A stretch of DNA of 64,000 nucleotides. Source: an uncultured Verrucomicrobiae bacterium. Its GTDB lineage: Bacteria; Verrucomicrobiota; Verrucomicrobiia; Chthoniobacterales; Terrimicrobiaceae. This document shows, piece after piece, positions 57,408 to 64,000 of the stretch. The DNA is taken from contig CAVPOC010000008.1 of the NCBI GenBank assembly GCA_963706955.1, forward strand, positions 416,001-480,000, given 5' to 3'. Below the pieces are notes generated by a model. It had not been told where the DNA came from and ran no database searches. It saw nothing but the letters and a program-made list of their open reading frames with translations. Both the position numbers and the translations under genes were made by a program. Positions within the stretch are counted from its first letter, which is position 1. Each line of letters opens with the position of its first letter.

Positions 57408-57926
57408 TTAAGGGGATCCCGTATTCGGCAACCCGTGACTCCACAGCAGTGTCCAGACGAAGATGAAAAGCAGTGGAAGCAATATCGGAGAGGCGAATCC
57501 CAGGTAGCGCGTGAGCTTTTTCCCTCGGAGAGGTAGAAACCGGTCAACATCGCCAACATCGTTACGACTCTGCGTAAACCGATAAATGTTTATCATCGCG
57601 AGAACCCCCGCGATTATGCTCACGTAGATGAGTGCCGCGCTAAGAAAACCGACCACTGGGAGGGTTCCTAGCAAGACGTTTTGCAGTGAGCCAATCAAGG
57701 CGTTCTTCGGGCGCTCCGGACCGTTTAGGACAATCGCGTATGCGGTGAAAAGAAATGCTTGCGACCCCATCAGCCATGAGAGCCGCTGCGTGATGAGGTT
57801 GTCTTCGTGCTGGAGCTGATCGCGCAGCATGCGATACGATTCGACAGCGGACAGTGGAGAAACTCGCACGGGCTGATCTTTGCCGGGCACGTCTTGGAAT
57901 TCTAGCTTTGGTGTAGCCAAAACCAA
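57408..57926 (-). CDS. Small membrane protein (about three TM segments)
   Basis: 'YRMLRDQLQHEDNLITQRLSWLMGSQAFLFTAYA' followed by hydrophobic helices; start uncertain. Confidence 0.65.
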   Translation of the reverse strand: MVLATPKLEFQDVPGKDQPVRVSPLSAVESYRMLRDQLQHEDNLITQRLSWLMGSQAFLFTAYAIVLNGPERPKNALIGSLQNVLLGTLPVVGFLSAALIYVSIIAGVLAMINIYRFTQSRNDVGDVDRFLPLRGKKLTRYLGFASPILLPLLFIFVWTLLWSHGLPNTGSP

Positions 57927-58278
57927 TGATGAAGTGGACCAAATCTCAATCAGCTTTCACCCTGACAATTCCGTCGATTGAAGGGATCTTTTTTCGCTTC
58001 AAACAAACTCGACGCGATCTGCATCGCCTTTATTCCATTTTCGACCTCATCGTCGAAGCCCGTCGTTAGTGTTAACATCCTATCGCTGCGGGTTGAGCGT
58101 CCGCTCAACAAGGGCGCGTGATGGCTACTTAAGCCTTATCCAGGCTTCCCTTGTGTTTCTCAAAGATGGGCCTCGGACCGAGCCAGTAAATCAGAATCAT
58201 CTAAGTCCGACACCCGAGGTCGACGACTTTTAGGGCAGACGCGACTACTTTACCGACTCGGCGTCCCGTGGTTTGGGC

Positions 58279-59076
58279 CTAAGTTTTGCGAAACGCCAGC
58301 CAATCGGTACGAATCTTGTCCCAACCCTGCACTGATAGACCGTGAGCCTCGAAGAATTCGCGGATCTGCTTGGAATTCCATTTTAGAATGTCCTCCAGGA
58401 TCGGCACGAAGACGCTCGTTGCGTTATCGCTCAATACGGTCCGCTTGGCGATCCGACCGATATCCTTAGTTTCGGAAACTGCGATGGTGTGTCCGTCGCG
58501 GCTATTGACGTGGTGCATCACATAGAGATCCGAGCTACCGTCGCCGATATAGATGGTTTGGTCGGGCCGAACCCCGAACTTCTGTTCAAGTTCCTGGAGG
58601 ACAACCACCTTACCGTATCCAGCTGGCACCCGCTCGACTGAAGTAATCTCCATGCCGGATGGATCATAGCCGAACTCAGTGCCGTACACGTTCTCGGGCG
58701 GCACAATCCCCTCCAGTGCCGATTGCACCACTTGGCGCGGGCCTGCCGAGATGACGACAAACTGGAAGCACGCCTCCCCCAACTCCCCCGCCAGAATTTC
58801 TGCAAGCAACTTGACGTTTTCCTTTAGCCGAACCCGCTTGCCCGCCTCGACCAAATGTTCCCGTCGCACACCACGAAATTCCGGGTCGTGCCGCAAGAGA
58901 TAGGCCAGTTCAGCACCCGATTGCACCAGATGGGTCGAGGAAAGCCCTTTAACCTTGTCCGCAAAATCCTTGATACCAACGATTTCTCCAAGCACATGTC
59001 CAGAGTCGTTAAAACTCAGCGTTTGGTCAAAGTCACTTGCGATCAGATAGCGGACCGATTTTTTGGTTGTACTCAT
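58279..59076 (-). CDS. HAD-superfamily phosphatase
   Basis: 'SDFDQTL', 'VISAG', 'GK', 'IGDGSSD'. Confidence 0.88.
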   Translation of the reverse strand: MSTTKKSVRYLIASDFDQTLSFNDSGHVLGEIVGIKDFADKVKGLSSTHLVQSGAELAYLLRHDPEFRGVRREHLVEAGKRVRLKENVKLLAEILAGELGEACFQFVVISAGPRQVVQSALEGIVPPENVYGTEFGYDPSGMEITSVERVPAGYGKVVVLQELEQKFGVRPDQTIYIGDGSSDLYVMHHVNSRDGHTIAVSETKDIGRIAKRTVLSDNATSVFVPILEDILKWNSKQIREFFEAHGLSVQGWDKIRTDWLAFRKT

Positions 59077-59403
59077 GGTCTTGCGCGAATATAGCGGCGT
59101 AGGATTTCCAAAGCGATAGTTGACTCGGGGTAACCGACGGTTTGGGAAAAAATCTTAGGAATGTCCGAAAATGTGCGACAAAATCTCCTATTCGGAGACC
59201 CAGAAATGCCAGTCTGGACCGAGGGCCGGAAACTAAGTAGGTCACGCTCCGAACCTGGCGGCTCGCGGATCGAATTTGACGATCATGGTGCTCCGGCGAT
59301 CTGCAAGGGCTACTGTTGGCCGGTTTTGACCACACTCGCCAGCAGCAGGTATTTAGACGACGATATGAGCAGAACGGACCGATTTTGCGCGGACAGGAGC
59401 GAG

Positions 59404-61050
59404 TCACCTTCCGCCAAGAGAGCGGCTGACGATCTCCTGAGCCTGCTCAACGATGGCGGTGAGATGCTCGGCGCTTTTCAGGCTCTCGGCGTAGAGTTTG
59501 TAGATGTTCTCCGTGCCCGAAGGACGTGCGGCAAACCAGCCGCTGGGCGAGACAACCTTCAGGCCCCCGATCGGGGCGTCATTTCCGGGAGCTCGGGTCA
59601 GTCTCGCCGTGATCGGTTCGCCAGCGAGTTCAGTCGCGGTGACGTCTTCAGGCGAGAGTTTCTTGAGCAGGTTCTTCTGTTCGGGGGTGGCGGGAGCGTC
59701 GATTCTGGTGTAATACGGCGTGCCGAACTCGGCGGTCAGCTCCTGGTAATGCTCGCCCGGATCCTTTCCGGTGCGTGCAGTGATTTCGGCGGCGAGCAGA
59801 CTGAGGATGAGGCCGTCTTTGTCGGTGCTCCATACCGTGCCATCGTGACAAAGGAAACTAGCTCCGGCGCTTTCCTCCCCTCCGAAGCAACAGGAGCCGT
59901 CGAAGAGGCCCGGTGTAAACCATTTGAAGCCGACGGGCACTTCCCAAAGCTTGCGATCGAGGCTGGTAACCACGCGATCGATGAGACAACTGCTGACGAG
60001 GGTTTTGCCGACGACCGCGCGATTCGACCACTGCGGCCGGTGAGTTAGGAGATACCGGATGGCGACGGCTAGGTAATGGTTTGGGTTCAGGAGGCCGACC
60101 GACGGAGCGACGATGCCGTGCCGGTCAGCGTCGGGATCGTTCCCGAAAGCGATGCCGAACCGGTCCTTAAGCTTTACCAGGCTGGCCATCGCAAAGGGGC
60201 TCGAACAATCCATCCGGATCTTGCCGTCATGATCCACCGTCATAAACGCAAACGTGGGGTCGACATCTGAATTCACGATCGTGATGTCGAGACCGTAGTG
60301 CTCGGCCAGCGGCTGCCAATAGGCTACGGATGCTCCGCCAAGCGGATCAACGCCGATCTTCACGCCAGCGGAGCGGATGCCTTCCAGATCGATGACGTTG
60401 GCGAGATTCTGCACGTAAGGCATGACGAAGTCCTGCGCGTGGGTTGTGGAGACCTTAAGGGACGCTTCAAAATCGATCCGGCGAACACCTTGGTTGCCAC
60501 CGCGCAAGAGTTCGTTGGCGCGATTCTGAATCGCGTCCGTGACGTCAGTGTCGGCCGGGCCGCCATTTGTCAGGTTATATTTGAAGCCTCCGTCAGTCGG
60601 CGGATTGTGCGACGGAGTGACGACAATGCCATCGGCAAGGCCCTCCGAGCGACCCTGGTTGTACGTAAGGATGGCGCGCGAAATGACCGGCGTCGGCGTG
60701 AAGCCGTCGTCGCCCTGAATGAAAGTCTCCACGCCGTTCGCGGCGAGCACCTCGAGCGCAACGCGTTCAGCTGGACGGGACAGGGCGTGGGTGTCTTTGC
60801 CCATGAAGAGGGGACCCGTTACCTTCTGGTTGCGCCGATACTCGCAGATCGCTTGCGTGATGGCGAGGATGTGCGCCTCGGTGAACGTCGCATTTGAGCT
60901 TGTGCCACGATGGCCGCTAGTGCCGAAGCTGACAAGCTGGTTTGGGTCGCTCGGATCGGGCTTTGATGCATAGAACGCCTCCTCGAGTTTGTTGACATCG
61001 ATCAGAAGGTCTTTCGGTGCGGGTTTGCCTGCAAGGGGATGGGCGCTCAT
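59404..61050 (-). CDS. pgm: Phosphoglucomutase (alpha-D-glucose-1,6-bisphosphate-dependent)
   Basis: 'FGTSGHRG', 'TPSHNPP', 'DPDADRHG', 'GEESAG', 'RPSGTE'. Confidence 0.96.
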   Translation of the reverse strand: MSAHPLAGKPAPKDLLIDVNKLEEAFYASKPDPSDPNQLVSFGTSGHRGTSSNATFTEAHILAITQAICEYRRNQKVTGPLFMGKDTHALSRPAERVALEVLAANGVETFIQGDDGFTPTPVISRAILTYNQGRSEGLADGIVVTPSHNPPTDGGFKYNLTNGGPADTDVTDAIQNRANELLRGGNQGVRRIDFEASLKVSTTHAQDFVMPYVQNLANVIDLEGIRSAGVKIGVDPLGGASVAYWQPLAEHYGLDITIVNSDVDPTFAFMTVDHDGKIRMDCSSPFAMASLVKLKDRFGIAFGNDPDADRHGIVAPSVGLLNPNHYLAVAIRYLLTHRPQWSNRAVVGKTLVSSCLIDRVVTSLDRKLWEVPVGFKWFTPGLFDGSCCFGGEESAGASFLCHDGTVWSTDKDGLILSLLAAEITARTGKDPGEHYQELTAEFGTPYYTRIDAPATPEQKNLLKKLSPEDVTATELAGEPITARLTRAPGNDAPIGGLKVVSPSGWFAARPSGTENIYKLYAESLKSAEHLTAIVEQAQEIVSRSLGGR

Positions 61051-61373
61051 AGAAAGGGATGGGTTTTCGGTATGCGTGTGTTCTATCCGGCAAATGTGTT
61101 TCTGGCAACGCCTCCGGAGGAAGGGCCTACTCGCAGAGAGTGTCCGCGGCGGCTAGGGGTGCGAGGCGTTTACTTCTTTCTCCCGTACGATATGTCGACA
61201 TCGCAGTGGCCACTGTTACCCTCAGCTACGGTTCAGTCCACCTATGAGAAAACTGCACCACAGTCGTATTTCGTATTTCGCTCTCGCGCCCTCCGCATTT
61301 GCCCGGGACACAGGAACTTTCTCCCCGATGGACCGCTCGTTCCGGCAAAAATCGAAAAGTTAGACACACTACC

Positions 61374-62786
61374 ATGAGTACTACAACATCCGGAGACCAT
61401 CCGGTCCCATTCGACGATCCGCGCACCGCTCCTAAAAAGAAGATGTTTGTCACCGATGATGGCAGGAACGTTCTCTTCACCTTCATCTTGCTTATCTCGC
61501 TGTTTGCCCTTTGGGGATTTTGCAACGGGATGATTGACGTAATGGATAAGCACTTTCAGGAAGAACTGGGCCTGACCTTGGCCCAATCTGCGTGGGTGCA
61601 GTTCGCGCATTACCTCGGTTACTTCCTAATGGCACTCCCCGCGGGATGGCTGGCGACGAAGATGGGTTACAAAGGCGGAATTATCGCGGGTCTCTTGTTA
61701 GTTGCGGTTGGGGGATTTTGGTTCATTCCGGCGACTCAAATCGCGGCCTTTTGGGCATTTTTGCTGGGTGTCTGCATCATTGCCGCGGGTCTTACCTTTC
61801 TCGAAACCATCGCTAATCCCTACACGACCGTTCTGGGGCCTATTGAATACGGAGCGACCCGCATCAATCTCGCGCAATCTTGCAACGGCATCGGTTTGCT
61901 TCTCGGACCGATTGCTGGCGGCATGTTTTTTTATTCCAAAGACGCGGCTGGACAGAGCACGGGCGCCGAGCAGCTCTGGATCCCTTACGCCGCCATCGGG
62001 GTTATCGTCATCCTTCTCGCCGTTGTATTCTATTTTGCCGATGTTCCTGACATTAAAATGGAGGACGACTATCACCTCGACGACTCGACGCCGAACGTTT
62101 CGCATTCCATCTGGTCGCATCCGCACTTTGTAATGGCCGTCGCCGCCCAATTTCTCTACGTCGCCGCGCAGGCTGGGATTTTCAGCTTCTTCATCAACTA
62201 CATGACTTCTCAGGTGCCGGCCGTTCCTGCCTCGTGGGAAGCACCCACTGGCGCAGCCTCTGGCTGGTTCACTGGCTGGTTTGAAACTCACAAGAACGGT
62301 ATGCTTGGGTTCAGCGACAAGGCCGCTGCCAATCTCGCATCTCTGGGCTTTCTTTGCTTCCTGGTCGGCCGTTTCACCGGCACTGCTATCCTCAAGAAAT
62401 TCGCCGCCCACACCCTTCTTGGTCTGTATGGCGCCATCAATGTCGCGCTCTGCCTCATCATCTTTCTCAAACTCGGCTGGATTTCGGTGGTCAGCGTCTT
62501 CCTTACCTATTTCTTCATGTCCATCATGTTCCCTACGATCTTTGCTCTGGGTATTTTTGGACTTGGCGCAGGGGCAAAAAAGGCATCCTCCTTCATCGTC
62601 ATGGCAATCATGGGTGGCGCCATTCTCCCTAAGCTGATGGGAGCGATTGCCGACAAATACGATCTTTCCCGTGGATTCATTGTGCCGCTACTGTGCTTCG
62701 CGTTCGTCGCAGCTTATGGGTTTTTGTGGCCGAGACTTAGCGGTCATGAGGCCATGCACGGTGTGTCGGCTACAGGCGGGCATTAG
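61374..62786 (+). CDS. FucP/GluP-type sugar:H+ symporter (MFS)
   Basis: 'SLFALWGF', 'GYKGGIIAGL', 'FLETIANPY', 'QFLYVAAQ', 'SIMFPTIF'; start ATG 61374. Confidence 0.9.
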   Translation: MSTTTSGDHPVPFDDPRTAPKKKMFVTDDGRNVLFTFILLISLFALWGFCNGMIDVMDKHFQEELGLTLAQSAWVQFAHYLGYFLMALPAGWLATKMGYKGGIIAGLLLVAVGGFWFIPATQIAAFWAFLLGVCIIAAGLTFLETIANPYTTVLGPIEYGATRINLAQSCNGIGLLLGPIAGGMFFYSKDAAGQSTGAEQLWIPYAAIGVIVILLAVVFYFADVPDIKMEDDYHLDDSTPNVSHSIWSHPHFVMAVAAQFLYVAAQAGIFSFFINYMTSQVPAVPASWEAPTGAASGWFTGWFETHKNGMLGFSDKAAANLASLGFLCFLVGRFTGTAILKKFAAHTLLGLYGAINVALCLIIFLKLGWISVVSVFLTYFFMSIMFPTIFALGIFGLGAGAKKASSFIVMAIMGGAILPKLMGAIADKYDLSRGFIVPLLCFAFVAAYGFLWPRLSGHEAMHGVSATGGH

Positions 62787-62789
62787 GCT

Positions 62790-63362
62790 ATGAGCGCTGT
62801 ATTTAATTTGAATCACGAGAAGCTCGCCGCTGACCCGCGATTTGCCGCGACTGCGCGTGAGCTAAGCGCCCAGTCGCGGATCGAATCCCGCGCTTCCTTC
62901 AACCGTTACTGCCGAGAAGCATGCCGGCTCTGGATCGAGCACCTCGGCGACGGAGTAGGAAAAACGTCCGCGCATTTCACTGCGCTTTTGGATCGAGTCG
63001 ATGAGGGGAAGGGAGAGGTCATCAAAACGCCTTGGGGCGGCGTGGCGATCGAGTTACACGAACACCCGCGCGTCGAAAAATACTTAGTGATCCGCAAAGG
63101 CGGATACCTGGCTCTCGAGACGCACGAACAAAAGGATGAGCGGCTTGAGGTGAAGGAAGGCGCGGGCCTTATCCTGTCGCGGCGCGCCGCTGACCAACCC
63201 CTCATGGTCGAGGCTCTTGCGCCGGGTGACCAGTTTCATTTCGAGCCCGGCATGGAGCACTGCCTCATCGGGACCGAGAATCTGCTCGTATTCGAGCGCT
63301 CCGTTGATCCCAAGGGCATGGACCAGGACCTCGTGTTCATCTACGAGCCGGACGCTGCCTAA
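62790..63362 (+). CDS. Cupin-domain protein (resembles the type II phosphomannose isomerase C-terminal domain)
   Basis: 'KTPWG', 'LALETHEQKDE', 'PGDQFHFEPGMEH'. Confidence 0.6.
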   Translation: MSAVFNLNHEKLAADPRFAATARELSAQSRIESRASFNRYCREACRLWIEHLGDGVGKTSAHFTALLDRVDEGKGEVIKTPWGGVAIELHEHPRVEKYLVIRKGGYLALETHEQKDERLEVKEGAGLILSRRAADQPLMVEALAPGDQFHFEPGMEHCLIGTENLLVFERSVDPKGMDQDLVFIYEPDAA

Positions 63363-63399
63363 ACCCATTGACGTGCGCTAAGCGCGACCTTTTCTCCTT

Positions 63400-64000
63400 A
63401 TGAACACCGAATTCTACACTTTTGGCGAAATCCTATGGGACTGTCTACCCTCCGGGCGGCATGCTGGCGGAGCGCCGTTTAACGTCGCCGCTCATCTCGT
63501 GCAACTTGGTGTCTCCGCGTCGCTGATCTCAGCGATCGGCCAAGATCCGCTTGGCGACGAGATTTTGAAAGTGGCCGAAGACAAGGGAGTCAACACGCAG
63601 TTTGTGACCCGTGCGCGCATCGGTCTTCCCACCGGAACTGTGCTCGTAACGGTGGATGCCAACGGGAATGCGTCCTACGAACTCGTTCAACCGGTGGCGT
63701 GGGACGAAATTAGAGTTCTTCCAGAAGCCTTGGAAGCTGTTGCGCAGGCCCGCGCGCTTATCTTCGGCTCACTCGCGGGCCGGTCACCATACAACCTCGA
63801 TCAGTTAAATCGCCTGCTGGAAATCGAAGGCCCCATGAAGTTCTTCGACGTCAATCTGCGTCCTCCCTTTGCCAATCCGGAGTTAGTCATGGACATCGCG
63901 AAGCGAGCCGATGTTATCAAACTCAACGATGACGAAGTTGGTAAACTCGATTCCTGGCTGAAGACCGGCACAGCGACTCTCAATACGCCTCGAAGTCCAG
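63400..64000 (+). CDS. PfkB-family carbohydrate kinase, 3'-truncated by window edge
   Basis: Hand translation MNTEFYTFGEILWDCLPSGRHAGGAPFNVAAHL...FFDVNLRPP...IKLNDDE. Confidence 0.88.
   Translation, partial: MNTEFYTFGEILWDCLPSGRHAGGAPFNVAAHLVQLGVSASLISAIGQDPLGDEILKVAEDKGVNTQFVTRARIGLPTGTVLVTVDANGNASYELVQPVAWDEIRVLPEALEAVAQARALIFGSLAGRSPYNLDQLNRLLEIEGPMKFFDVNLRPPFANPELVMDIAKRADVIKLNDDEVGKLDSWLKTGTATLNTPRSP

Noticed and set aside
59161..60897. Long plus-strand ORFs (295 aa and 199 aa)
   Set aside because: Antisense shadows of pgm

Overview
This is a gene-dense, GC-rich bacterial chromosome segment. The protein families and intergenic repeat styles suggest Verrucomicrobiota, which is an inference and not a database result. 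It contains housekeeping genes (lptD, purH, queE, folC, accD, bioA, pgm), an RND efflux pair and several transporters. Accessory content: a frameshifted S8 peptidase; a HemS-like/flavodoxin/outer-membrane-protein trio; a tandemly duplicated two-gene 'split HTTM' module around a NUDIX-like gene, divergent from a UbiA/MqnP-type prenyltransferase; two sugar-catabolism clusters; a multi-PAS/GAF two-component system; and a stress locus (USP remnant, trypsin-like protease, BCAM0308-like protein, RtcB, DksA-like protein, FmdB zinc ribbon). A plastic region at about 52.4-58 kb holds an IS481-family element with a structured 3' end, 9-mer and 7-mer repeats and an orphan tRNA-Leu-like 3' fragment (probable att scar). 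Five genes show apparent small-indel frameshifts, which may be sequencing errors. No CRISPR array, rRNA or complete tRNA was seen. All family calls come from motif recognition by eye, not from searches.
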